This document shows, one piece after another, positions 1 to 9,196 of a stretch of DNA of 64,000 nucleotides (position 1 is the stretch's first letter; the number at the start of each line of letters is the position of its first letter). The stretch comes from Dehalococcoidia bacterium (GTDB taxonomy: Bacteria > Chloroflexota > Dehalococcoidia > Bin125). The position numbers and the translations under genes are program-made. The DNA is taken from positions 2,560,001 to 2,624,000 of the forward strand of contig OY820591.1 in NCBI GenBank assembly GCA_963555985.3, in the 5' to 3' direction. The notes under the pieces are model-generated. The model had not been told where the DNA came from. It did not search any database and was given only the letters and a program-made list of their open reading frames with translations.

Positions 1-14
1 GCGTCGTGGGTTGG

Positions 15-80
15 GAATTCTCGCCCGAAGTGTTCCGGCTTGTTTCATGTTGTTTCATTTTGTTTCACCTAGTTCGGATC
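15..80 (-). repeat. 10-bp-period TGAAACA array element, copy 1 (3 core units)
   Basis: Reverse complement reads ATCCGAACTAGG-TGAAACAAAA-TGAAACAACA-TGAAACAAGC-CGGAACACTTC...GAATTC; flanks resemble those of the copy at 29989-30083. Confidence 0.75.
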
Positions 81-379
81 AGGTCGAGGTGTGTTTGAGG
101 AGGAGCGGTTGAGTTCGGGGAGGTTCGTACGGGTTTGAGGGGCTGAATGGATATCGCGGGCGTCTGGGAAGGCGCGGGGGACGAGCGGCGAACAATCTCC
201 CGGAGCAGGCCCGAAAAAAAAAACGGCGAGCGGTGTTCAGGTTTGTTCAGGATGATCGGCCTCGCTTGGGGATGAACACGTGAGCGGTACTGGAGTGCTG
301 TTTAGCATAGGTTGTCGGCGCGGTTGAGGTGGTGGTTTGGTGTGGTGTGGGTGACAGCGGGTGGCTAGGGCGGCTCGGT

Positions 380-625
380 CCGCCCTCTCCCCTATTCGCG
401 GCATCTCCCTCCCCGCCTGCGGAGAACTTTGCGAAAGTCGCGATCTCCTCTCCCCCCGCAGTGCGGGGGGAGACGTCGCGCAGCGACAGAGGGGGGTCCC
501 CGATCCCGACCAGAGCTAGTCGTTGTGCGACAGTAATCGTCCCGGACCCCCCTCTGCCTTCGGCATCCCCCCCCCGCACTGCGGGGGAGAGTTTCCCTGC
601 GCGGGGACAGGTTCTCAAGGGGAGA
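380..625. repeat. Cluster of REP-like palindromic elements (family A), convergent pair
   Basis: CTCCCCCCGCAGTGCGGGGGGAGACGTCGCGCAGCGACAGAGGGGGGTCC at ~448-500, and an inverted copy GGACCCCCCTCTGCC...CCCCCGCACTGCGGGGGAG at ~544-590. Confidence 0.8.
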
Positions 626-681
626 TCGATTGTGCTTTACGAGCAGGTCTCCGGTGGGGGAGAGGGTTGTTCGGCGCTTGC

Positions 682-1632
682 TTAGCTTTTGAGCGCGGAG
701 CCGGTGCGGAGGGCGGTGAGAGCTTGGGCGGCGGCTTCGCTTTCGGGGCCGTGTTGATCCACGGCGGTGACGAAGTCTTCGAAGCGGCGGGCGGTGAGCA
801 GCATTCGCACGCGGCGGAAGAGGGCGGCATCGGCCTGGGAGCCTCGTTCTCCGTATTCGGCCATCACTCGCCAGCTGAGGTCGGTTCCGTAGGTTTGAAC
901 GAGGGCGGCGAAATCGAGCGCGGGATCGGCGGCTCGGGCGGTATGCCAGCCTTCGACGGCGGTGAGTTCGCGGACCAGGGGATCCGTGCGCAGACGCTCG
1001 GCGGTGATCCCGCCGTGGACGAGGGCGGGTTCGTAGTTCCAGAGCGTCTGATCCTCGAGGTAGCGGGCCCACCAGCGGCGGGCGCGGCCGAGCTCGGTCA
1101 GACCCAGCAGAGGACGGAGCAGGGAGAGGCTGCGGCGGCTCAAGTCCTCCTGGCGCGAGCGCCAAGCGCGGGCGGGAGCGACGCCCAGTGCGCGGGCGCG
1201 CTCGACCGAGAATCCGTGCAACTCGTGCAGGAAACGGGCGAGCTCGCGCACGAGACGCTCGCGGTTTTCATCGGTGATCCGCTCCGGGTGCAGAGGTGTT
1301 CCTTCCAGCGTGCGTTCGGGGTCGGTCGCGCGCCAGCCCCAGCGCCAGGGACCGATCGGGCCGCCCGAGCGCGACCAGATCGGCACGGCGGGGCTGACGA
1401 AGCCGCGCACGTGCGGCAACAACGCGGCCTCCATCGAAAGCCGCTTGGCCGCGTCCTCGGAGCGGGGGAAGACGGCGGTGCCCGCGTCCCAATCCGCGCG
1501 GACGAACTCGCCCTCGGCGTCCTCGCTCACGCTCAGATCGTCGGCGCGGAGCTCGGGGAATTCGCCGGCGAGCGCAAAGGCGCACTCGGCCTGCAATTCC
1601 TCGGTCATTGTCTGCGCTGCGCCAATTGCCAT
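682..1632 (-). CDS. Aminoglycoside phosphotransferase (APH)/kinase-like protein with degenerate catalytic motifs
   Basis: APH-like layout: VFPR..EAALL, ARFLHELH, LVHGG..., ADPALDFA. Canonical HGD and IDW/DFG read HGG and EGW. Confidence 0.75.
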   Translation of the reverse strand: MAIGAAQTMTEELQAECAFALAGEFPELRADDLSVSEDAEGEFVRADWDAGTAVFPRSEDAAKRLSMEAALLPHVRGFVSPAVPIWSRSGGPIGPWRWGWRATDPERTLEGTPLHPERITDENRERLVRELARFLHELHGFSVERARALGVAPARAWRSRQEDLSRRSLSLLRPLLGLTELGRARRWWARYLEDQTLWNYEPALVHGGITAERLRTDPLVRELTAVEGWHTARAADPALDFAALVQTYGTDLSWRVMAEYGERGSQADAALFRRVRMLLTARRFEDFVTAVDQHGPESEAAAQALTALRTGSALKS

Positions 1633-1641
1633 GGGAGGAGT

Positions 1642-2919
1642 TTATCCCCCGTCCGGCAAATCGCTCTCCGCCTCTACCGCTTCCGTTTCAGTCGAGGCCG
1701 CCAATGCAGCCGGGAGCGGCGGGCGTTCGTCAGCGAGCCACTGCAAGGGATCGACATCCACCCCGCGCACGATCACTTCCCAATGCAAGTGCGGCCCGGT
1801 CGATAAGCCGGTGCTGCCGATGTTGCCGAGCCAATCGCCGGGTTCGACTTCGGTACCCACGCGCACGCCGATCCAGGACATATGCCAATAGCCGCTGTAG
1901 ACGCCCGCGCCGTGATCGAGGATCACGCCCAACCCGTGCAGGGCCAAGTCTCCGGTCCAGACGACCAGACCGCGCGCCGGGGCGAGAATCCAGTCGCCGT
2001 GATTGGCGGCGATGTCGTGACCGTGATGCCATTGGTCGCTCATCACGCCGTTGTACATGCGCGGCGCGCCAAAGAGTCCGCTGTCCACTCCCTCCACCGG
2101 ACGACGCCAAGCGCCGCTCCAAAGCGGCGGCCCGCTCACTGCTATGTGTTCGACGAAGCGGACATCGTGATCGCGCTGAATGGCCTCGGCGTCGGCTTCG
2201 AGCGGAGTGCCGCCGAGCGCGATCCGCTCCAGCGGCGCTTCGTTCTCGCGTACGGTCAGGCCGCCGGTGAGCGTCCGCAGCCGCCGTCCTTCCGCATTGC
2301 GTATGTCCACGGTGACGGCATAGAAGCCGAGCGGAGTATCGCGGCGTACGCCCAAGACGGCCCAGGACTCGTCTCCATAGGTACGCAGTCTGACCGGCGG
2401 CCAGAGTTCGGAAGCGCCGCGCACGGTGGCGAGGATCGTTCCGCCTGCATCCGGGGCGTCGACTGTGAGCACGATCGCCTCGCCCTGGCGCACCGAGGAT
2501 GGCGTCACGGTCAGCGTGACGGGAGTCAGGATCTCCCGCGCCGCGGGAGGTTCGTCGAGACTGTTCGGCGGTTCGGCGCGGCTTGCGGCGTCCGTCCGGC
2601 GATCAGCAGCAGGCGCGGCAGTCGGCGGCGGCGCGATCTCATTGGCCTGCGCGGGTTCGGGCGGTGCGGGAGGAGCGGGCGATTCGACTGGTTCCGGTAC
2701 CGAGGCTTCAGTTCGAGCAACAGCCGGTTCCGCGCGCGGCGCGGCCTGCGCTTCAGCGGTCGCGGTGTCCGCGGCAGCTTGCCGAACCGTCTCCGATTCG
2801 GTCCTGGCCTCGTCCACGACTTGCGCGGGTTGGCTGACGGTCTCCTGAGCGGGGGAGCTGCGCAGCCACAGAGCGCCGCCCGCCCCGATCGCGGCGGCGA
2901 CGACCGCCAATACCATCAC
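1642..2919 (-). CDS. Membrane-anchored M23 family metallopeptidase
   Basis: N-terminal hydrophobic anchor and Ala/Pro linker. C-terminal M23 motifs HHGHD (HxxxD), YWHMS, GSTGLSTGPHLHWEV. Start uncertain. Confidence 0.9.
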   Translation of the reverse strand: MMVLAVVAAAIGAGGALWLRSSPAQETVSQPAQVVDEARTESETVRQAAADTATAEAQAAPRAEPAVARTEASVPEPVESPAPPAPPEPAQANEIAPPPTAAPAADRRTDAASRAEPPNSLDEPPAAREILTPVTLTVTPSSVRQGEAIVLTVDAPDAGGTILATVRGASELWPPVRLRTYGDESWAVLGVRRDTPLGFYAVTVDIRNAEGRRLRTLTGGLTVRENEAPLERIALGGTPLEADAEAIQRDHDVRFVEHIAVSGPPLWSGAWRRPVEGVDSGLFGAPRMYNGVMSDQWHHGHDIAANHGDWILAPARGLVVWTGDLALHGLGVILDHGAGVYSGYWHMSWIGVRVGTEVEPGDWLGNIGSTGLSTGPHLHWEVIVRGVDVDPLQWLADERPPLPAALAASTETEAVEAESDLPDGG

Positions 2920-3027
2920 CAGGAACAGCCAGCGCAGACTCAGGCCGATCCCCCCGTCACACGCGCCTAGAGTTGGATGATGCCGCCCGCGCTCATACGC
3001 TCACTCTAGGACAGACCGGAGCCGTCG

Positions 3028-3462
3028 TTGAGCACACTGTCTTCTCCCAGCGTGACCGCCGCACTTCGTCAGCGCGATGCGTTGCTGCGCGGAGGCGAAC
3101 GCATCCCGAAACCGTGGGGCGCGGAATTGATCCTGGGACGCGGCCCGGAATCGACCGCCAAGCTGTTGCGAATCGACCCCGGCCGCCGGCTCTCGCTGCA
3201 ATATCACCGCGCCAAATCGGAGACGCTGCTCGTGCTCAGCGGCGAAGTTGAGTTGACCATCGGCGAACGGGTTGAACAGCTGCTCACGCGCCGGTTGTAT
3301 CCGGGCGAGCGAATACACATTCCCGCGCGCACGATTCACCGGCTCGCGGCGCACGGCCCAACATCGGCCGAGATTCTCGAAGTCGCCTCGCATCCACCCG
3401 ATCCGGCTCATGCGCCCGACGACGACATCGTTCGTCTGGCCGACGACTTCGGGCGGGTTTGA
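3028..3462 (+). CDS. Cupin domain protein (mannose-6-phosphate isomerase type II C-terminal-like)
   Basis: KPWG, RLSLQYHRAKSET, IPARTIHRL, DDIVRLADDFGR motifs. Confidence 0.85.
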   Translation: MSTLSSPSVTAALRQRDALLRGGERIPKPWGAELILGRGPESTAKLLRIDPGRRLSLQYHRAKSETLLVLSGEVELTIGERVEQLLTRRLYPGERIHIPARTIHRLAAHGPTSAEILEVASHPPDPAHAPDDDIVRLADDFGRV

Positions 3463-4022
3463 GCCGAGCGCACGCACTCGCAAAGAAGACGCCTGTGCCG
3501 CAGGACAGCCTCTACGCGCGGATCGTTCAAGGCGACGAGGACGCGCTGCGCGAGAGCTGGCGTCTGCATGGCCGCCGCGCGCGCGATCTGGCGCGCCGGA
3601 TCGCAGGCCCCGCTCATGCCGCTGTGATCGTCGAAGAAGTGTTGTTGTTGATCTGGGCCAAGCCCGAGCGTTGGGCCGCCGATCCGTTTGATCTGCACCT
3701 GTTGCGGCTAGTGCGCGATCTGGCGCTGATCGTGCGCCGGCGGGGGCTCACGCCGCGGCAGGCGGTGCGCGAACTTCGGCCCGCGCCAATCGAGGCCGAC
3801 GCAGAGTCGGCGCGGCTCGCGGTCATGCTCGATCATCAGCTTGGCCAGAGCATCGTGCTGCAACTGAGCGATCTGGAGCGGACGGCGCTCGAAGCAGCCT
3901 GGTTCGAGGGAATGCCGCCGGCGCAGCTCGGCGAGCTGCTTGGATGCTCTGTAGACGAAGCGTTGCAGGCGCTGGACAGCGCGCTGGATCGCTTTGCCGC
4001 ACTGATGCGAGACCTCCAGTGA
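3459..4022 (+). CDS. ECF sigma-70 factor, SigK-like (divergent)
   Basis: GDEDAL at the N-terminus; EEVLLLIW region 2; region 4 LSDLERTALEAAWFEGM..LGELLGCS; overlaps the downstream anti-sigma gene. Confidence 0.7.
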   Translation: MSRAHALAKKTPVPQDSLYARIVQGDEDALRESWRLHGRRARDLARRIAGPAHAAVIVEEVLLLIWAKPERWAADPFDLHLLRLVRDLALIVRRRGLTPRQAVRELRPAPIEADAESARLAVMLDHQLGQSIVLQLSDLERTALEAAWFEGMPPAQLGELLGCSVDEALQALDSALDRFAALMRDLQ

Positions 4023-4747
4023 GCGAATCTTCCGGCACGGTCGAAGGCGACCACGGGCTTGACCCGGAGCGGTTGCTCTCCGCCTGGGCGTTGGGGTTGC
4101 TGGACTCCGATGCGGCGGCAGCGGTAGAGCGGGCGGTGCGTTCAACTCCCGCGCTGCGGCGGCGGGCGCGGCGGCTCGCGGCTACTGCGGCGGCCGCGAG
4201 TGTGACCACGACGCCGCACGAAGACGAATCGGCGATGCCGCAGATCGAGCTGCGTCTGGTGCAGCGCGCGCGCGACGCGCGCCCGCCTGCGGTTCGGGTG
4301 CGCCCGGCCGCGCGCGCGCTGGTCCGAGTGGTGCCCTGGCTGGCGGCGCTCGGCGTGATTGCGCTGGTGGTGATCTTCGGCTGGCTCGCGTTCCAGCCGC
4401 AGGATCCGATCTCCGGGCGCGCGGTTGCGTTGAGCGAAGACGGCGCGACCGGGGTGCTGCTGCCGCGCTATGAAGCGCGCGGCTTTGCGCTGGTCTTCTG
4501 GGGGCTGCCCGAACTGGAAGCAGACGAAAGCTGGCAGCTCTGGTACGTGCGCGAATCGGGCGCGGTTGAGCCGGGTCCGGCCATCGAGCGCGACGACGAG
4601 GGCCGCGCTGCGATCACGCTCAACCCGAACGAGCTCGAGACTGACGATCCATTGATTGGGTTTGCGGTCTCCCGCGATGTTCCCGCGCGGCGCTCCGGAG
4701 AAACGCCGTCGCGCGACGACATCCTGTACCAATTCCCCAGCCGGTAG
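4019..4747 (+). CDS. Anti-sigma factor, RskA-like
   Basis: GTG start overlapping the sigma stop (GTGA); LLSAWALGLLD N-terminus, single TM helix, WQLWYV and FAVS in the C-terminal domain. Confidence 0.75.
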   Translation: MSESSGTVEGDHGLDPERLLSAWALGLLDSDAAAAVERAVRSTPALRRRARRLAATAAAASVTTTPHEDESAMPQIELRLVQRARDARPPAVRVRPAARALVRVVPWLAALGVIALVVIFGWLAFQPQDPISGRAVALSEDGATGVLLPRYEARGFALVFWGLPELEADESWQLWYVRESGAVEPGPAIERDDEGRAAITLNPNELETDDPLIGFAVSRDVPARRSGETPSRDDILYQFPSR

Positions 4748-4819
4748 CAGAGCGCGGGTACACTGCCAGTCAGGAACAGATACGTCCGCAACCGCATACG
4801 GAAAGCGAGCAATTCTGCG

Positions 4820-5992
4820 ATGGTCGACTTTGAATTCAGCTCCGATCAGGAAGCCTGGCGCAGCGAGATCCGCGGCTGGATCCGCGAAGAGTTCGGCGAC
4901 GACTGGAACGGCCTCGATGTCGCCAACGATGAGGAAGGCTCGAACGAGGCTTGGGAATTCGCCAAGGGCGTGCGCACCAAGCTGGCCGCGAAGGGCTGGA
5001 CCGCACCCGCCTGGCCGGGCGAGCACGGCGGGATGGGACTCTCGTTTGCGGAGCAGGCGATTTTCAACGAGGAACTCGCCTATCACCGCGTGCCCGGACC
5101 CGACCTGATCTCGGTCGGCTATGTCGGGCCGACGCTCTTGGTCTACGGCACCGACCAGCAGAAAGAGTCGTACCTCGACGACATCGTGAATTCGCGCGTG
5201 TCCTGGTGCCAGGGCTACTCCGAGCCGGGCTCAGGCTCCGACCTCGCCTCGCTCCAGACTCGCGCCGTCCGCGACGGCGACGACTACGTGATCAACGGTC
5301 AGAAGATCTGGACCTCCAACGCCCACCGCGCCGACTGGATGTTCGCGCTCGTGCGCACCGATCCGGATGCGCCCAAGCATCGCGGGATCACCTACCTGCT
5401 GGTCGATATGAAGACGCCCGGGATCACCGTGCGCCCGCTGATCAACATGCTCGGCGGGCACGGCTTCAACGAAGTCTTCTTCGAGGATGTGCGCGTCCCG
5501 GTCGAGAATCGAGTGGGCGAGGAGAACCGCGGCTGGTACGTCGGTATGGCCACGATGGACTTCGAGCGTTCGGCGCTTTCGGGTTCGGCCGCGCTGCGAC
5601 GCAACTTCGAGGACTTCATCGGCTACCTCAGCGACAACCCCGCGACCGAGCGGCGGATCAAGGTAGGCGTCGCCGACACCGCGATCAATATCGAGGTCTC
5701 GCGGATGCTCTCCCTGCGCGTGCTCTCGATGCAGCAGGGCGGACTCGCGCCCAACCATGAAGCGTCGGTGGCGAAGATGTTCAGCTCCGAGCTCTCGCAG
5801 CGCTTCGCCCGCTTCGGCGTCAACGTGATGGGACAGTTCGGCGCGATTCGCAAGGGCGATCCCTATTCGCAGATGCAGGGTTGGTTCACCGAGCAATACA
5901 TGTCCTCGGTGCCGGCCACGATCGCGGGCGGTTCGTCGGAGATTCAGCGCGGGATCATCGCCACGCGCGGTCTGGGATTGCCGCGCGCCTAG
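4820..5992 (+). CDS. Acyl-CoA dehydrogenase family protein
   Basis: WCQGYSEPGSGSDLASL, NGQKIWTS, FNEVFFEDVRVP, TIAGGSSEIQR. Confidence 0.95.
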   Translation: MVDFEFSSDQEAWRSEIRGWIREEFGDDWNGLDVANDEEGSNEAWEFAKGVRTKLAAKGWTAPAWPGEHGGMGLSFAEQAIFNEELAYHRVPGPDLISVGYVGPTLLVYGTDQQKESYLDDIVNSRVSWCQGYSEPGSGSDLASLQTRAVRDGDDYVINGQKIWTSNAHRADWMFALVRTDPDAPKHRGITYLLVDMKTPGITVRPLINMLGGHGFNEVFFEDVRVPVENRVGEENRGWYVGMATMDFERSALSGSAALRRNFEDFIGYLSDNPATERRIKVGVADTAINIEVSRMLSLRVLSMQQGGLAPNHEASVAKMFSSELSQRFARFGVNVMGQFGAIRKGDPYSQMQGWFTEQYMSSVPATIAGGSSEIQRGIIATRGLGLPRA

Positions 5993-6027
5993 TGCGGCGG
6001 CGCACCGGCAATCGCTAACCTGACCTC

Positions 6028-6768
6028 ATGAGCGATACACCGGACCAGGAAGTCGGCGAGGAGGCGGCTGCGTACGAGCCGTCGCCGGACGATTACTTCC
6101 AGGCCAAGGAGGCGGGCTTCAGCGATCCGCAGGCGCAGTTTCTGCTGCGCCGCTTCGGACAGCCGGGGCCAGACCCGACAACGATCGCGATCTTGACGCA
6201 AATTCAGGCGCGGCTGGATCAGCAGCAGCAAACCAACCTCGAAATCCTGACGCGCCTGAATCGGTTGGAGGGCCAGCGGGAAGCCGACCGCGAGCAGTAT
6301 TCCCGCGATCGCGAGCAGTACGAGCATGACCGTGCAACCGATCGGGAACTGTACCTCCGCGATCGTGAAACCGATCGGGAACAGTACCTCCGCGATCGCG
6401 AGCAGTACGAGCGTGACCGTGAAGCCGATCGGGAACAATACCTCCGAGAGCGCGAAGTCGATCGGGAACAGTACCTCCGCGACCGCGAAGCCGATCGACT
6501 AGAGCGGCAGCGCGATCGCGAAACCGATCGGCTGGAGCGCCAGCGCGATCGTGAGGAATTCCTGCGGCGGTTCGCCGAACTGCGCGAGGACAACCAAGCC
6601 TTAAGCAAGCGGCTGCTTGCTGTCGAAACCGGACTCGCCGAGCTGCGCTCGGATGTGAATCATCTCAGCGAGCGCACCCTGTTCGAGAATCGCGTCTGGC
6701 GGGCGGTGGTCGGGGTTGCCGTCGCGGCCGGCGCGGTCATCGGCGGCGTGCTCGCCTTCTGGAGATAG
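6028..6768 (+). CDS. Coiled-coil repeat protein with C-terminal membrane anchor (CCDC90/DUF1640-like head)
   Basis: EAGFSDPQAQFL head, DREQYLRDRE repeats, hydrophobic C-terminal helix. Confidence 0.75.
   Translation: MSDTPDQEVGEEAAAYEPSPDDYFQAKEAGFSDPQAQFLLRRFGQPGPDPTTIAILTQIQARLDQQQQTNLEILTRLNRLEGQREADREQYSRDREQYEHDRATDRELYLRDRETDREQYLRDREQYERDREADREQYLREREVDREQYLRDREADRLERQRDRETDRLERQRDREEFLRRFAELREDNQALSKRLLAVETGLAELRSDVNHLSERTLFENRVWRAVVGVAVAAGAVIGGVLAFWR
6280..6560 (+). repeat. Intragenic tandem repeats (~33-nt and 21-nt units)
   Basis: Recurrent GATCGGGAACAGTACCTCCGCGAT/GATCGCGAGCAGTAC units encoding DREQYLRDRE. Confidence 0.85.
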
Positions 6769-6778
6769 TCACCGCCCC

Positions 6779-8176
6779 ATGCCGGACCTCTATCAGGACT
6801 TCCTGGAGTACTTCGAGCAGGCGGCGCGGTACTCCGAACTGGATCCCCGCCTGCTGGAACAGGTCAAGACCTGCAACAACCTCTACCAAATGACCTTCCC
6901 GGTCGAGAACGAATACGGGGAGATCGAGGTGATCGAGGCCTGGCGCGCCCAGCACAGCCACCATCGTCTGCCGACTAAGGGCGGGATTCGCTATTCGACC
7001 ATGGTCGACGGCGACGAGGTCAAGGGCCTCGCCGCGCTGATGACCTTCAAATGCGCAATCGTGGACGTGCCCTTCGGCGGGGCCAAGGGCGGCGTCTGCA
7101 TCGACCCGTATCAGCGCTCGCCCGAGTTCGTCGAACGGGTCACGCGGCGGCTGGTGATCGAGCTGAACCGGCACCACTTCATCGGCCCCTCGGTTGATGT
7201 GCCCGCCCCGGACTACGGCACCGGCGAGCGGGAAATGGCCTGGATCGCCGACACCTACCGCACGCTCAACCCGGACGACATCAACCACTGGGGCAGCGTG
7301 ACCGGCAAGCCGCTCTCGCTGCATGGCATCCCCGGCCGGCGCGAGGCGACCGGACTGGGCGTGTTCCACGGGATCATCAACTGCCTGGCCGATCCGCACG
7401 GCGGCCACGGCCTCTCGCCCGGTCTCGAGAGCAAGCGCGTGATCGTGCAGGGCTTAGGCAACGTCGGCTATCACGCCGCGCGCGAACTCTCCGATCACGG
7501 CGCGCGGATCGTCGGCATCGCCGAAATCGACGCCGGCCTCTACGACCCCAACGGCCTGGACATGGAGGACGTCGCCAGGCATCGGCGGGAACACGGCGGC
7601 ATCGGCGGCTATCCGGCGGGCCAAGTCTTCGCCGATTCCCTGGAGACGATCGAGCAGCCCTGCGACATCCTCGTGCCGGCTGCACTGGAGCACCAGATCA
7701 CGCTCGACAACGCCCGCCGAATTCAGGCCTCGTTGATCGCCGAGGCGGCCAACGCGCCCACCACGCCCGAGGCCGACCGCGTCCTGCGCGAGCGCGGCGT
7801 AATCGTGATCCCCGACCTCTATCTCAACGCCGGCGGCGTCACCGTCTCCTACTTCGAGTGGGTCAAGAACCTCTCCCATATCTCGTTCGATCGCATGCTG
7901 ACCGGTACCGCCGACATGCAAACCCGGCGGATGCTCGACACGATGCAGGCAATCACGGGCAGCGCTGTCCCGCTCAACGAGCGCGCCATGATCGAACGCG
8001 GCCCGACCGAAATCGACATCGTGAACAACTCGCTGGCTAAGACCATGGGCGAGTCCTATCAACGCATCGCGGAACTGCGGCGCGAGCGCAACCTCCCCGA
8101 TCTACGCACCGCCGCCTACCTCTATTCGCTCGAACTGGTCGCGCAGAGCTACTTGGAACTGGGCCTCTTTCCCTAA
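6779..8176 (+). CDS. gdhA: Glutamate dehydrogenase (Glu/Leu/Phe/Val family)
   Basis: KGGIRY, PFGGAKGG, VPAPDYGT, QGLGNVG, NAGGVTVSYFEW; ATG at 6779. Confidence 0.93.
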   Translation: MPDLYQDFLEYFEQAARYSELDPRLLEQVKTCNNLYQMTFPVENEYGEIEVIEAWRAQHSHHRLPTKGGIRYSTMVDGDEVKGLAALMTFKCAIVDVPFGGAKGGVCIDPYQRSPEFVERVTRRLVIELNRHHFIGPSVDVPAPDYGTGEREMAWIADTYRTLNPDDINHWGSVTGKPLSLHGIPGRREATGLGVFHGIINCLADPHGGHGLSPGLESKRVIVQGLGNVGYHAARELSDHGARIVGIAEIDAGLYDPNGLDMEDVARHRREHGGIGGYPAGQVFADSLETIEQPCDILVPAALEHQITLDNARRIQASLIAEAANAPTTPEADRVLRERGVIVIPDLYLNAGGVTVSYFEWVKNLSHISFDRMLTGTADMQTRRMLDTMQAITGSAVPLNERAMIERGPTEIDIVNNSLAKTMGESYQRIAELRRERNLPDLRTAAYLYSLELVAQSYLELGLFP

Positions 8177-8241
8177 ACCGTGTTGCCGCGCCGTCCGCTA
8201 ATGTGGCTCTATCAGCGTCTTCCGACCAGATAGGTACCAGC

Positions 8242-8766
8242 ATGGGCAACCCCGAACACTACCTCGACCTCGTGCCTCGTTTCGATGACGACGGACTCCC
8301 TCAGATCCAATTCACCAGCGACGACGAAGCGAATCAAATGCTCGCCGACGACGCCAATGCCTTCCTGATCGGCGTCGTGCTCGATCAACAAATCCCCGCG
8401 ACCAAAGCCTTCACCGGCCCGGCCGTCCTCCGCCGTCGCCTGGGACACTTCGATCCCGCGAAAATCGCAGCGATGCCCCAGGATGAATTCATCACCGTCT
8501 TCCGTGAAAAACCTGCCGTCCACCGCTTCCCCGCCTCGATGGGCAAGCGCGTCCACGACGCCTGCGCCGCAATCAGCAGCGAATTCGACAACGACGCCGC
8601 CAACATCTGGAAGGACTTCGCCGACGCCAAGACTGTGATGAAACGACTCAGCACAATCCCCGGCATCGGCAAGACCAAGCAGAGTCTCGCGGTGATGCTG
8701 TTGGGTCGCTACTACGGCATCGAACTGGACGGCTGGCGCGAGGCCGCGCCCATCGATCTACCCTGA
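8242..8766 (+). CDS. HhH-GPD family base-excision-repair-like protein
   Basis: LIGVVLDQQIP..KAFTGP, VHRFPASM, HhH motif IPGIGKTK. Confidence 0.85.
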   Translation: MGNPEHYLDLVPRFDDDGLPQIQFTSDDEANQMLADDANAFLIGVVLDQQIPATKAFTGPAVLRRRLGHFDPAKIAAMPQDEFITVFREKPAVHRFPASMGKRVHDACAAISSEFDNDAANIWKDFADAKTVMKRLSTIPGIGKTKQSLAVMLLGRYYGIELDGWREAAPIDLP

Positions 8767-8790
8767 GCGGCGCCTAGCGAAAGGCGCCGC
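8767..8790. terminator. GC hairpin after the HhH-GPD gene
   Basis: GCGGCGCCT-AGCGAA-AGGCGCCGC inverted repeat; no U-tract. Confidence 0.35.
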
Positions 8791-8792
8791 CC

Positions 8793-9137
8793 ATGAGCCA
8801 GCGACCTCCCACATCCGGCCCGCCGCCTCAACGCCAGGGGCAAGCGCCTGTTGAGACGCGCAGACCATCACCACCGCCGCCGCGAGAGCCTCCGACGGCG
8901 ACCGGCGGACCGTCTGTACCCCCACCCGACCGGGGCAAATTGCAGGAGGGCTTGCTGCTCCTGCCCAGGTTCATCTTGTTCCTGTTGCAGGTCGTCGTGT
9001 ACTCGCTTGGCTGGATCCTGTTCCAACTGGGCCGACTCCTGATCAACGTGAGCAAGCTGCGCGAAGAACCCACTCCCTCAATGCCGCTGCCGCCGCGCCA
9101 GAACCTGAACCCGCGCAATCCGCAGCGCCCCAACTGA
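8793..9137 (+). CDS. Hypothetical Pro-rich small membrane protein
   Basis: ORF fills the gap in a co-directional run; one long hydrophobic segment. Confidence 0.6.
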   Translation: MSQRPPTSGPPPQRQGQAPVETRRPSPPPPREPPTATGGPSVPPPDRGKLQEGLLLLPRFILFLLQVVVYSLGWILFQLGRLLINVSKLREEPTPSMPLPPRQNLNPRNPQRPN

Positions 9138-9196
9138 TCCGACCGCTATCCTCCCCTCAATCGACCGTTCAGCCCTTCACGAAAGCCATCGAACCC

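Noticed and set aside
247-685. Short ORFs over the palindrome cluster (also 11817-12169, 12902-13463, 28062-28396, 29630-30142, 60050-60378)
   Set aside because: They are translations of repeat or low-complexity intergenic DNA with no RBS or family signal
2920-2962. Possible frameshifted upstream start for the M23 gene at a 6-C run
   Set aside because: Cannot distinguish a homopolymer error from an alternative start without reads; low importance
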